Shown here piece by piece: positions 1 to 12,647 of a stretch of DNA of 64,000 nucleotides. The position numbers and the translations under genes were made by a program. The stretch is taken from contig OZ037833.1 of NCBI GenBank assembly GCA_964035575.1, positions 1,922,001 to 1,986,000 on the forward strand, in the 5' to 3' direction. Every line of letters starts with the position of its first letter. Position 1 is the first letter of the stretch. Under the pieces are notes generated by a model. The model searched no databases. It saw only the letters and a program-made list of their open reading frames with translations, and was not told the DNA's origin. The stretch comes from Rhynchopus sp. YZ270_cl-10 (lineage: Eukaryota).

Positions 1-882
1 CTGTGCAAGATACGCTGGCGGGCCGTCCCCACGCTTGGCCACTCTGCGTATCAAAAAGTCGTGCAGCGTTGTCGCCTCCTCATGCCAGACATAGCTTGCA
101 CGGCGGTCCACATTGCGTTTACAACCTACCTCTGTGGGGACCACACGCCAACCACCTGCCTCAACAAAATACCGTACACTTGACCATTTCTTAAACGCAT
201 CCCATTCAGCCAATAGCGTGGGACTCTTAATAACAATCGGAACCTCCTTTTTGTAGTATTCGCTTTTGAAAGTGGCTGCGTTGATGTCTTCTGGTGCAGT
301 GTCGATGGGGTAGTCCAGCTCCTTCTCTTCGGGGTCTTCTTTGGGGAAAGAGAACTTTGGGACTCTTTTGCCCATTTTAGCGAAGAAGGCTGCTTTGCAG
401 AGCGGTTCTGCTTCGGCGAGGATAGAGGCGTAAAGCTCATTGGGTGCACCAAGGATTATGCCCATATCGATATCACGCATTGCGTCGAGAGGGGCGTCCT
501 TCATAGTGCATATGGCGCGTGTGAACAGACAAAGAACGTGAAGTTCTCTGTAACACACATGGTCCCAACCGCTCTCCTGTTTCGTGGTTGTTACCTCCAA
601 AAGCGTGTTTGCCTGCGCCAGACTCGCAACAGTGTCTTCGGACATAGCAGAGTTCTGCAGTGCCTTCAGCGCCCCGACACATCCCGCATCCAGCACCGTC
701 TCGACATCCGCCAGCAACTCCGCACCAAAATTGTCAAAGAACATAGTAATGCATTTCCATGCCATGATAAAAAGACCTTCTCGAAGAAGGAAAAAAGAGT
801 GTATTTGCTGTAGAGGGGTGGTAAAAAGATAAGTGCAAAACGCCATGTCGGATTATCGAAACCGAGAGCACTTCATTTTGTC

Positions 883-1551
883 ATGCACACGGTTACCACG
901 AGGGAGGTTGTTTGCAAGGTATATAATCATTGCCCCATCCAGAGGGAGAGGGGGAGAGAGTATCTTATAAGAAGTTACAAGAAGATGCCCAGCGACCCGT
1001 CGTACAACACCGACTACGAATCCTGGGGGAAGTGGTCCGACATTGGTGAAGACGTCAGGGCAGGTTGCCAGGACCTGAAAGCCATCCTGACCATGCAAGG
1101 GAAGGCAAGGGGCTTCCAATCCCACCAAAACTGGCCGCAGCGGAAGAAGACGTGGGTGTGGAAGCGTTTCGACACTGACATGTTGGAGGATGTTGCCTTC
1201 GAGAAGAGCTGGGTGGCGCTGGCGGATGGGGCTGCAAAGGCATGGGATCAGCATATTATTGATGAAAAAAGGAGAGCAAAAGAAAAGGAGGAGGAAGAAA
1301 AGAGGAGGGAGGGGGAGCTTCTGGAAGAAGCGCGTGCACGTGCCATGACGCTAACACAGACGCCATTGACGCAAGCATCATCCACCACTGCCGCCCCCGC
1401 ACCACCATCGCAGGAAGCCCCGGAGCCGACCAACTTCATGTTCTCAATTGTGCCCGACCAGCGCGCTCCGATGCTCTTACTTACAAAGAATTATTCGTAC
1501 AAAAAAAATATATATGGGGTGTGGGGTAGATTTCGTTTTTTTTTTACATAA
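883..1551 (+). CDS. Hypothetical 222-aa ORF, possibly mobile-element derived
   Basis: The only sizeable plus-strand ORF with coding-like composition. Contains MPSDPSYNTDYESWGKWSD and a charged helix; the C-terminus runs into AT-rich sequence. Confidence 0.35.
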   Translation: MHTVTTREVVCKVYNHCPIQRERGREYLIRSYKKMPSDPSYNTDYESWGKWSDIGEDVRAGCQDLKAILTMQGKARGFQSHQNWPQRKKTWVWKRFDTDMLEDVAFEKSWVALADGAAKAWDQHIIDEKRRAKEKEEEEKRREGELLEEARARAMTLTQTPLTQASSTTAAPAPPSQEAPEPTNFMFSIVPDQRAPMLLLTKNYSYKKNIYGVWGRFRFFFT

Positions 1552-3068
1552 AACCTCAGAAAAAAACGTAACGGAAAGACATTCGCTGAGGGGCCTAAAA
1601 TAAGAGAGAGAGAGAGGAAATGAAACAGAGTATATAGAGATAGCAAAAAGACCTTTTGAACGGCTCAAAAAAATACATCACGTATTATTATTAGTTTTTA
1701 CACAAAAAAAGAAGAAAAATGGGTATTGGGAGATGTACCTAAGCCTCTCTTTTGTACTTAGCCATCAAAAATAAAAAATAATCAACAAAAAAAAACCCTT
1801 TTTGACAACGAAAACACTACGGCGTTGATACGAACAACAAATCTCTGGTTTGGCGAGGTTTCTTTTTGTGTTGTCTCGACCATCGCCTTACCGTAACCAA
1901 GGTCTGTCCCTCAATGTTGGCCGAAGCTGTTTAAAAAAAAATTGACAGCGGAGCTTGCACAAATGGCAACTACACTATTCCAAAAATTCTTCTAAAAAAT
2001 AAAACAATACTTTTACAGTAACTCATCGAAATAGGGAGTTACAAATGTACTTAAAAAAAATAAGGGTGAAGTTGAAAGTGCAATACATGAAGGACGTATT
2101 TCGTCCATTTCCTCGCTTGGTTATCAAACTGAAGTACTTCGTTGGTAGTCACACGAGGGAAGCTTGTATGCAAATAAACAATATTAGAAAGAAAAAAAAA
2201 TGCAGAATAAGGAAGACAGACGAATAATAAAGGGGGGAAAAGACGCTTTTTATCTCACCCATTTTTTTCTAATCTCTTGGAAGCTGGACACTTCGAGTTT
2301 CAAAACATAAAAGGGAAGTTGATAGTGAAAAACAACGCCTTTGGGACGCAGGCACTGACTCTACGGAAAAAGAGTCTTTGAAAACCTCCCTTTTTTGACA
2401 GCGTATTGCACGCGTATGCCAGCTAAAATTCAAAATGGAAAAAAAAAAAAAAAAAAGTTTGTAAGATGAACCTACTGGTAAGCCTCTCGTGCTCAGGCAC
2501 CTTAACCAAATAAAACATAAACTCTGAAGATGAAAGTCCAATCTACGCATCTTGAATAAAGTTAGTATCTCAGAATCTAATGGGGAAGCAGGGATGGGGA
2601 ACATGAAATAAGTTAGAAGAACCAGCACATTTTTTTTAAGATTTAGAACCAGGTGTCTAGAATCACTGCCCCAGAAAGAGGGGAAAAAGGCAAATTGGAA
2701 AGGGAAAAATAAAACACTTTTTTTGAGTAGCAAGAGAGAGAGAGAGAGTAACATATTACGTTCGAACACTCGCTTTTCTGTGTTTAGAGTTTGTAAGGAT
2801 TTTTTTTATTATTTGTTGATGTAAACTCTACAACATTATTAGTTTTGAGCTCCGGATCGCTCTGCGATAGGAAGAATCGTGCGAGGTTTAATCACACTCT
2901 AAGAATATAGAACTGACTTCGCGAGATTCGACCCCCACAGCGATTTGAGAAATCCAGATAACCTCAGAGAGAAAGAAACTCCCCTTGGGGGAAGTTTTAT
3001 TGGTGGAAAGTATCACCATAATTTCACTGAGGAACGGACAGCATAGGAGAAAAGTCTTGCCCAAGATT

Positions 3069-4017
3069 GGGGTGGCATCAAAACAAAAAACGCGGACAAT
3101 GTCCGCGTTTTTGGGGGGGGAGGGGGGGGGTCTGAAATTCCAGAAAACGCGGACATTTTGGGGTTTTTTTTTCCTGGAAATTTTTTTTCTTTGCCGGGGT
3201 TGTACACGATTTTGACCAAAATTTATAAAAACTCGTCCATTTCGGCAAATTGACCCCACCACAGAACCAGCGGATTCAGGAAATGCAAATGCCGGTGTTT
3301 TCGGGCAAAATAAAAAATACAAGATGCCCGCGTTTTTTTTTGCAAAATGTACACGCATGGGGGGCCCTAAAACCCCTGCTACCACGTGTTTCTACAGGCA
3401 AACACTTGGACCCATTGACCTTACACGACGGGTTTTGACCAAAATCATTGTTGGCAAATTGACCCCACCACAGAAAGGACGGATTCCGGAAATGCAAATG
3501 CCGGTGTTTTTGCGCATTTTCATGGTTTCAGCATCAGAGAGAGAAAATCTGCGTTGTGGGATTTACCTTGGCCCCTTTACCTTACACTCATTTTGACCAA
3601 AACCAAGAACTTGGCCATTTCGGCAAATTGACCCCACCACAGCGCGGACAGATTCCGGAAATGCCAATTGCGGCATGTTTTGGGGCTGAAAAATTTTCAC
3701 CAGAAAATTTTTTTCAGCAGCATTTTTTGGCCGAAAATGGGCCCCACGTATTAGTGACCGGGCTCATATTTTCAAAAATTTAAGTGGTCAAAAAATTGTC
3801 CAATTTTCGAGATTGACCCCACCACTTTCTGGACGGATTCCGGAAATGCCAAAAAACTGTGTTTTGGGTCACGAATTTGCACCCTGTCACCCAAAAACCA
3901 GCAAAAAATAGGGGGAAAAAAAACCAAAAATGTCCGCGTTTTGGGGGGGGGAGGGGGGGGTCTGAAATTCCCCAAAAACGCGGACATTGTCCGCGTTTTT
4001 TGTTTTGATGCCACCCC
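3069..4017. mobile_element. Non-autonomous TIR element (~950 bp MITE)
   Basis: ~48-bp TIR GGGGTGGCATCAAAACAAAAAACGCGGACAATGTCCGCGTTTTTGGGG at 3069 with its reverse complement ending at 4017. ATT flanks both ends (3-bp TSD). Confidence 0.8.
3200..3900 (+). repeat. Dispersed repeat family R, built from CGGCAAATTGACCCCACCAC subunits
   Basis: Reverse-complement copies at ~41560-42330 and ~54480-54815. Fragments at 9065-9180, 23240-23350, 23985-24130, 24395-24560, 32500-32615 and 52925-53010. Confidence 0.85.
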
Positions 4018-6350
4018 ATTCTCAAGCTTCCTTTTAAAAAAAAGACACACGTTACACATACCAATTCACACTGCGCGTATGCAAATATACAAAAATACAG
4101 AGCAAAACACAAAACAAATATTGCGAAATCGGTGCCCCCCAATCATTTTCACCTTTTGCCCTCTGAAATAGGCCAGTTACTGCGAGGTATCTTTTCTATC
4201 ATTTACGGGTGGGGTGCTGTGTTGGGAATCCTTCTACCACTTTGCCACAAAAAAAATAAATTGCACACGAAAAGAAAACAAAAATGGTTTAGCAGTACCA
4301 ACGTCTCCGACGTAAATACCCCATTTGTAGACAATAAAACAACTGATTGATTCAAAAAAAAAAAAAAAAAGTTTAGAAAAAATTGGAAAGAAGAAGCCAA
4401 GCCTTGCATGCTTAGTCTGCCAAGAAAGAAAAAAATTCCCTTCAGTGCGGTCGACAGTCTGCTAACTGGGCGCGAACCTAAGACTCACCTCCAAAAGAAA
4501 ATCTTAATCCTCTCGTGAATAGTCACCTCTAAAAAAGATTTGCCTTGCCAAAGGTAATAGTGCAAATTGGGGGAAAACCCCCCGCAAATAAAAGCCATGG
4601 TTGTTGCGCGAAAAGAAGCAGAAATTTTGTGACCACAAAACAAAAAGGGGTGTGTTAGCGAAAAGGGGGAAATGAATGCATTGAGTGATTTGGAGGTGGA
4701 GACGTGGGTAAAAAAAGGTAACAATTTGTGCAAAAATCATTGCTTGAGAATCGTGCGTTTTTCCACATTTAAAGTGAAGTGAAAGAGGTGCAGTTGAAAG
4801 GCTTTAACACTGAATGTCAGTAGGCAAACATATAAAACCAATGCAAAATAATTTGCCCCCTCTTCCCCCTTTTTTGAAAGGGTTTTGGAGAACAGCTTTG
4901 AGCACACAAAGGCGTACCATTTTTTTTTCTCTTTTTTCCTTTCAGCTAGGACCACTTAGCTCGCTTCCATGACAAAAAAACGAGAGGAGAAAACGCTTGC
5001 TGATGGAATAAATACCCCCTTTTTTTTTTGCCCCGACGAATTCGAATGGAGGCTTGAACCACAAAGACAAAAGAAAGAGACAGCGGCGGGTAGCACATCT
5101 CTCGATGCATTCTCGCAACGCTGTTCATTCTTTTTACCCACAGCTCACACACACCCATGATTCGCTAACTGAGGGGAAGAGGGGAGGGTGTAATATTATT
5201 ACCTTGTGTGTGTGCTTTCTGTGACCCAAAAGTTTCTTTTTTTTTTTTTGAATCCTTGAATAATCGATACCGTAGACACTTCGCGTGAAGTTGTGTCAGA
5301 ATATTGTTTTTTCTCGAAAAAAGGAGGACACAACATCGACTAGGAGTTTGACACAACAACAACAAAAAAGCTCCCCCAGATATGGCCGGAGATGGGCTCA
5401 GACTGAGATTAAGCAAAAAAAAAGAAGAAAATTTGAGAAGAGCGAATGAAACTCTTGCCACACATCTGACAAGAAGAATGAACAATTTTTCTTTTTACAG
5501 TATTTCTCGACTCTGCCAGATTCTTTTCTTTCCCCATCTCAACAAAATCAGCGCAAAGTCTCCAATACCAGGCAGGAGGTATCCAACATAGGGTATTTTT
5601 TTTTTTGCCCCCCTCTCCCCTCCACATAAACTTTACTCTGCGACAAACAAAAAAGCATGAATGACGAACGGTCATTGCGCATAACAGTGTTAAAGAAAAA
5701 ACGAACAAGAACTTATTTAATACCACGTGGAGCGTGGTATGAGGGAGAGGAGGGGTTTATTGAACAACACAACTCAGCCTGGAGAGAAAAAGGTCTTGGT
5801 ATAACTAAGAAAACAGCCCAAAAAGGAGTGGGATTCGAATACTGTTGCGGGGAAGAAAAAAAGGGGGAAAAAGTTGGTCAGGATGAACCTAAGCACAATG
5901 TACTCAGTCACCTACCTTAAGAGAAGTGGACAGAAAAAGAAAATGGGAAAGAATGACAGTGTCTCTCATGGACACAGAAACGAAAAAGGCAGATAAAAAA
6001 AAAGGGGGGTTGAAAGTTGGAAGGTGAGAGTGCAAAAAAAAAGATAAAAAAAAACGTCACAAAGACGCAGACACCAGATCTCCGCAGGTTATCGAACCGC
6101 GGAGGTTATAAGAACACTATTTTTTGTATCGACAATCACGTTATACCTACTATAACGATCTGTACTCAAATGTCGGCCGAAGCCTTTGTACTACGGAAGG
6201 TATAGACGCAGATCATCCTCAACCCTTAAGAGTAACGTAATTTTTTTTGTTTATGCAGAAGAAAGGTTGTTTCGATTGCTCAATTACCCTGAGGGGTGAT
6301 TAGCGACCGCATCTGAGGAACTATTTCTCCTTTTAAAGCTACGCTTTGTA

Positions 6351-6462
6351 CAGGGCGTTCGCCCCGGGGCGAAAAATATTTTTTTTCGTTAAAAAAATCT
6401 TTTCCTGAAAAAATGACATTTTATTTCGCCCCAGGGCTTCGCCCCACCGGGGCGAAACCCTG
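6351..6462. mobile_element. Small MITE with TA target duplication
   Basis: TA|CAGGG...CCCTG|TA ends, with internal TTCGCCCC/GGGGCGAAA palindromes. Confidence 0.6.
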
Positions 6463-6467
6463 TATAA

Positions 6468-7282
6468 ATAATATATATTATTATCGTGAATTTATTTTCC
6501 AGTATTTCACGCACAGGTGGAAACAGCCCGAGGGGAAGCATTTTTTCCCGAGGGCGAAGCCCGAGGGGAAAAATGCTTCCCCGAGGGCTGTTTCCACCTG
6601 TAAGTGAAATACTGGTATAAATTCACGAAAATATATTATTTTATCTCCAAATGAGACCATGAATTTCACAACCCGTTTTCACGTACAAAGAGACGAGGGT
6701 GGGGTGGTTCTTTTTATGATGATTTTTGATTCAGTTTTTTGATGTGGAACTCTTAGCGCTGGACAGCGCCTTGAGCCAGAACTGGTGCAGCGGGTTTGTG
6801 GCGCTTACGCGGCTGTACTTCTGATGAAGATGAGGAAGACGATGACGATGAGTCACTTGTGTTCGTGTCGGACTCACCCTCCACAGGTGCCCTCGCACGC
6901 TTTTGAGGTCTCATTTGGGATTTTTTGATGAAAATTTGGGAAAAAAAACGTGTAAATCCGTGGTTTGTGTGATACAGAAAATTAACTCAAAAATGCGTTT
7001 GAGACCCCCAGAATGGCTCAAAATGCCTCTTTTCTGGCTTTAATTGCAAAATTGGGCCTCCAAAGGCCTCCAAAAAAATTTTCGAGAGTTCAGTTCTACG
7101 ATTTTCTGAGCGTGAATTTATTTTTCTGAGCGTGAATTTATTTTTCTGAGCGTGAATTTATTTTTCTGAGCGTGAATTTATTTTTTGAGCGTGAAATACC
7201 GGAAAATAAATTCACGCACCTCCTTCACGATTTTGTGAAGGGGCGTGAAATTCATGGTCTCAAGCGGGGATAAATAAATAAA
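6468..7282. mobile_element. Foldback-like element with nested inverted repeats
   Basis: ~170-bp near-perfect palindrome at 6470-6640. 6485-6512 is inverted at 7189-7216 and 6637-6669 is inverted at ~7246-7282. About five copies of the 20-bp unit TTTTCTGAGCGTGAATTTAT at 7102-7196. Confidence 0.7.
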
Positions 7283-7429
7283 TAAAAAAAAGGGGGAAAA
7301 AAAAAAAAAAAAAAAAGAGAGAGAGAGATTTCTCCCCACCACCCTGTCGACCCCCCCCGGAGGGGGGGTCGCAGAGGGGGTGTCCACTGTACTCAAAATC
7401 ATCCGCAAACCCGCCTGCCGTGAAAGGAA

Positions 7430-7700
7430 GTTTCCCCAGCACTCCTGCTCGCTCCTCAATCCTGCAGTCTGCTGAAGGTGTCCAGTACCCCCTGGTATAG
7501 AAGGTGTCACTACTCGTGTCAACTCTACCTTCAACGGCAGAGAGACGTTTTAGTTTATTGAAAATAGTCAAAATAAGGATGAAGTCTCATATGACAGATG
7601 CCTCTCTCTTGTACATCTGTTTGATTAAACAGCACAAAGAGACCCTCAGTGAGGGGGGATTGATGAAATTCTCCATCGTTTTGCTGGTTTTAGTATCAGG
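7430..7700 (+). pseudogene. hAT transposase C-terminal dimerisation domain remnant
   Basis: STLPSTAERRFSLLKIVKIRMKSHMTDASLLYICLIKQHK matches the hAT dimerisation pattern S/T-x-x-ERxFSxLKxIKxxxRSxM. No intact upstream ORF. Confidence 0.6.
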
Positions 7701-8715
7701 AAAGTTCAGCTGTAATAGCACTTGTGCTGGGGAAGGGATCACGCGCAAATCGCAAAATTTTTTTGACCACTCAGTACCAGGGATTCACCCCCACGAACTA
7801 GCTTCTCTCCGGCGGGAAATTTTTTTTGACCTATTTTAAGCACTAGTAAAAAACCAAAAATTTCGGGTTTTTTGGCATTTCGCCACGATCAGGAAAAAAC
7901 GATGGCGATAGCGAACGCCCTGGCTTTGTAGGTAAAAAAAAAAATCTAGAAAAATAAAAAATGAGGCTGCGAGAATGCAAGAAAAGTGAAGGTGGAATGA
8001 AGTGCAGACCGTATTGCGGGCTGCTCCAAAAGAAAAAAAAAAAAAAAAAAAAAAAAAAATCCGTTTTGTGAGATGAACCTAAGCCTCTCATGCTTAGCTC
8101 TAATAAAAGGTGACCGTGCAATACCATCGTCTAATAAAACAAAAAAATGACAAGACAGTATTTTTGGTTTCTTAGCAACAGATGCCACCCAACAAAGAAG
8201 GGCCAGAATTATGTTTTAAAAAAAATGTTTGTAAAAGGGGCTTGTTTTTTGTTTAGTTGTGTCGACAATCACTTTACACCAGTTGGGTAAAAGATCTGCA
8301 CCTTTTATTTTGAAACGTGTGTTTTTTTTTAGTATCGTGCTATATTGAAAGTGAGATTGCGGGTCATGTATCACAGTCACCCCTTCACTTCTTCCAAGTC
8401 GGAGCACAAATACAACACAGAACAGGACCAAATGAGGACTGGCTTGTTAAAAAGACACTTTTTTTTGTTTTGTGTGCATAAAAATATGGAAAACAAATAA
8501 AGCAATGACCAGAACATTACCCCCGGCCAAATGGTGTGAGGAAACCATTTTACAAAAAAAGATTGCCTTTCTCATGTCCTATATTTGGCGTTCTGCACCC
8601 AAAAACAAAGCGCCCGTCCGAAGACAAGGGCGCACGTACAAACAGTTTAGACCCGTGCCCAGGGGTACGCGAGGAAACACATCACACCCATACGTGCAGA
8701 GTTGAGATTTAAAAA

Positions 8716-9182
8716 ATAAGTAATTGCTATCGGAATAAAACGGGGTGTGCTGTGGATATGGGGAGGCTCAGTAACCATTTGCTCGATGACTGTAGAGGGG
8801 GACTCGGCGTGTTCCAGCTCGTAGTCGTCCACAGGCTCCCACTCATCGTCGTTGATCACACCAGGCGCATCAGCACTCATCAAAGCGCCAGGATGCTACG
8901 GTGGTTTCGAAAATTGGGTGCGGGGAGTTTTCCACAGCACACCCTGTGTTTTTTTCTTCTTCTTAGCAATTCATTGTTTTTTGTTGTTTTGCACACACCT
9001 TCCTTCAACCTCTGTAATCAGTTGTTTGCTTTTGAAAACCCGAAATAACATATTTCAAGGGAACAAATTAAAAAGGGTCCTTATTTGCATTTTTGGGATC
9101 CGCCCGTGCAGTGGGGTCGATGTTGAAAATTAGACAATTTTTTGACCACTTAAATTTGGAAAATATAAGCCCGGTCACTACG
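8716..9182. repeat. Dispersed repeat, second copy at ~22696-23350
   Basis: Shared blocks AAGTAATTGCTATCGGAA, CTCGGCGTGTTCCAGCTCGTAGT, GATCACACCAGGCGCATCAGCAC and GGGTCCTTATTTGCATTTTTGGG occur in the same order in both copies. Confidence 0.8.
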
Positions 9183-11510
9183 GTTGAAGGAAGGTTGTGG
9201 GAAAGTAAACAGTACTCTGATCGAACCAAGAACCAGAAAACTTTGGGGGGTGGGTGGTGGGGTTGTTGGGATGAATGTAAGCCTCTCCCTAGCTTAAGTC
9301 ACCATACATACTTTTAAAAAAATGTAATCAGCAGGTTTCGTTTTCAAATATTTTTTTTTTCGTTAAAACGTTTCAAAAAAGGGTGTTTGTAGGGGAGAGG
9401 GAGAGGGTATTTTTGAGGGAACGAGAGTAGCGTGGGTGCATTAGAAAAGCCAACGTTCTCGAGGGTTGGGATCATACCGTAGGGAAAAAGAAAACTTGGA
9501 AGATGAATGTGCCGCTTGTGCACACACATCTTTGGAAGGAAATATTATTATTTTTTTTTTGTTTGCTTCGAATGAATGGGCCTCACAGGCACTGTCCATC
9601 TACAATAAATCAATTTTCATATACTTTCTATTCAAAGAAAAGAAAGCAAAATAAATAAATATAATAGTGGAGCACACTCTAGGGTGGCTACACTAATACA
9701 ACCAAGTTTTCAAATAAAAAAAATATACACGAACGGAGCTGGGTAAAAAGCTCACTTCTATTTGTGGGTATCGTTAAAACGGGAAAATTTCATAATTCCC
9801 ATAAAAATCTGAAGCCTCCCTATCGAAGGGGGTTTAAAAAAAAGCTGATAACAAAATAACGGGTGAAAGGGGGTGATATAGTGACACTGAGAGAAAACAC
9901 ACAAAAAAAATAAGCCTTTTTTTTTCTGAGGGAGGATGGCATGTATTTTGATAAACCGGCTGTTCCTCCCCCCGACTAGGACGTTTTACAGACCGCACAC
10001 CTTACCCTACGGTGTAGCAGACATCCTGTAACAGGAAACTCTGGCCTGACAACTTTTTTTTTCTCGCCTTTCTTAGGCACTTTTGTTTGGTTCTTTCATT
10101 CTTTTTCCCATTCTCGAAGAAACAGCTAGGGTAATTTTTTTTTTTGAATGATGTAAAATGGAATTGTGGAGCCACCTCCTCTGACCATGTGGTCGAACGA
10201 CTGGAAAAAACGTACTAAGGTCTGTCCGTGTACACCTACATGATTTTTCAGGAGTCATTTGTTGACATCAATACTGGCCCCATTCCCCAAGGAAGGATGC
10301 AGGTTCTGCTAAAATGGGACATAAAACAAATGTATTTTTTTGCCGAAGCATTTTTTTTTTTTTTTTTTGAACCATAAAAAAATAACCTCACAAAACACAT
10401 ACGATTTTTTGTACACACCGTTTTTTTCTGTTTTCGTTCTCGTCATTTTCATCAACATATTTTTTTCCCCCCTCCCTTGGCCAGATTGAAAACACAGCAA
10501 GCTCAGGATGCAAACGTCTGTTTTAGTCAGATATCTCTGCAAGACTGTGCCTTTTATCTGTATTTTCTTTTACCATTTTTTTCCAGTGTACTATGTTCTT
10601 ATTTTTCAGGCCAAAAGAAGGGGGAAAAAATCAGGAAAAAATTTAACTTTATCTATACAGGATTTTGTTTTGATTTGCGTTTTTTGAAAACTTGGTTGTA
10701 TTAGTGTAGACACCCGAGGATGAACTCCACTATACGCGTTTTTTTTTTCTCTCGACAAACGCAACCCTCAGTCGAAGACAGAGGATGCATACGCAACATA
10801 GCCAAAAAAAGGGGAGAATAAAGATGTAAAAAAAAGGGATGTTTCTTTGAAATCATCTCAAAAAGCGACTTTAAAAAAAAAATAAAAAAAAATCAAAACT
10901 GCCCACAAAAGAGAAAGGTTTGGTAAGATAAACCTTAGATTCATGCACTTTCAGTTCACAGAATTGAAAGTATTTGAGAGGATCAACCTTATACAAGCCT
11001 TGTACACCTTCTCCCAAAAGATAAACGAGAAAACTTTGCAGCCATGCCATTCGCAAATCACAAATATTTTCATTTCAGGCGAGAACGGGGGAAAACATTT
11101 TTTTTCCTGCAACCCTCTTTTCTCCTAAGCCCACTATTATCGCACAAAAAAATCATTTAAAAAAGAGAAAAGTTTTGGTTAAGATGGACCTAAGCCAGCA
11201 TCATGCTGAAGTCACCTTTAAAAAAAAATTATATAAACGGGGGACCTCATTTTGCATGAAATTTGGTGGAAATTAGTGGTATTTCACCCCCCCTTCAAAC
11301 TCCACTAAACCCCACCAAAAATTTCAGGCAAAATCAGGGGAAGGAGAGATAAGAGAAATCTTCCAAAAAAAAATATCATTCTTTAAAACAAATTGAGTAC
11401 TCAGAGAAACATAAACCCATCAAGGATTTTTTTTTTCCCCCTTGACTCTCTTTTCGGTGTAAAATCCTCCCCTCCCCAAATAGAAATAAAAAAAACGCGA
11501 GAAAAAAAAA

Positions 11511-12221
11511 CTAATCCTGAATAGGTTGTATAAACCGTGCTTGAACTGTCCCTGCTGCGCGGAATTGCGAGAGAATTGCCTCGAGTGTTGCGGTCATGGT
11601 ATGCACCTTGGCTGTGTTGATGAGGGCGAGACGCATGTTGGGTTGTATGTTAAATTCTGTCGGAGGCACTGATTCCACGTTGAGGTGGTCTGAGAGAACG
11701 ATACCTCCGAGGAAGCATGATAGCGCTGAGGACGCAACGAGGGGGCTGGAAAATTCGTGTTGCGCCAGCTCCGCGGCTTGGTCCGCGAGGTCCGCACAGC
11801 GCACATCCCTGCTCACATTGAAGACCACCGACCCCACCAACGCTGTCTCACTATCCAACACATCCGGCGTCACTGTCAACACATTTACCGAATAGCACAC
11901 CACAAACGTTGCACACATGAACAGCATCCCCAACGTCATTCCCCGCGCCCCATCATTCGCTTCACCATCCAACATAAAAGAATCCCCCGGAAGTCTCGGA
12001 TCCCTCTGATACAATCCATTAGGAAACAACGACCCAAACTGCCCCGATCGGTTCGAATGCGACGGTGGTGTGATAGGGTACTCATCGTGCAAAGACCCTT
12101 CACGGAACCAAACGCGTTTGGCAGACCCAGTCGGTTTCTGCAGTGGAGTGGGCATGCAGACATCCTCATCAAAGCTCTGCCCTAATGGATGCAACTCCAC
12201 TACCTCAATGTGGTGGCTCAT
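11511..12221 (-). CDS. Hypothetical single-pass membrane protein (236 aa)
   Basis: ATG-started ORF with coding composition; hydrophobic segment GMTLGMLFMCATFVVCYSVNVL. Confidence 0.7.
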   Translation of the reverse strand: MSHHIEVVELHPLGQSFDEDVCMPTPLQKPTGSAKRVWFREGSLHDEYPITPPSHSNRSGQFGSLFPNGLYQRDPRLPGDSFMLDGEANDGARGMTLGMLFMCATFVVCYSVNVLTVTPDVLDSETALVGSVVFNVSRDVRCADLADQAAELAQHEFSSPLVASSALSCFLGGIVLSDHLNVESVPPTEFNIQPNMRLALINTAKVHTMTATLEAILSQFRAAGTVQARFIQPIQD

Positions 12222-12647
12222 CGTCTTAAATCAAAGAAAAAAAAGAAGGGATGGAGAGAGAGAGAGAGAGAGAGAGGAGAGGATAATAGGGGGGGAATTT
12301 AAAATGCTGGATGTTGTTGCGTTTTGAAGGGTTTGAAGTGGTTTTGATTGCAGATCTGTTTTTTGTCCTCGATGAGAGGACTAATGTGATGCTGCTGGAT
12401 GAAATATGGCGAAATATAACGCCTCTATACATAAGCCAAAACCCGTAGATATGAAAATATTTCGGGAAATTCAAAATTTCTTTCAAGACAGTAAGATTTT
12501 TCATGAAGTAAGGGGGATTGTAAGAAAATTTAAAAAAGGGGACAAAAGGTGTTCATGAAGTAAGGGGGGAGAAGAGGCTTTTGTTTAGAACTCAATGTTA
12601 GAAAAGTGTAAGTAAAAAAAGGGGGAGGGAAGAATGAGAGCCCCACT

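Noticed and set aside
5828..5842. tRNA T-arm-like GTGGGATTCGAA
   Set aside because: No cloverleaf in the surrounding sequence.
6331..6352. Partial resemblance to a spliced-leader exon (TTTAAAGCTAC...TGTAC)
   Set aside because: Short, gapped, antisense to the genes and overlapping a MITE boundary.
2269..11128. Numerous short F/K-rich ORFs in intergenic DNA
   Set aside because: Products of poly-A/T tracts and repeats.
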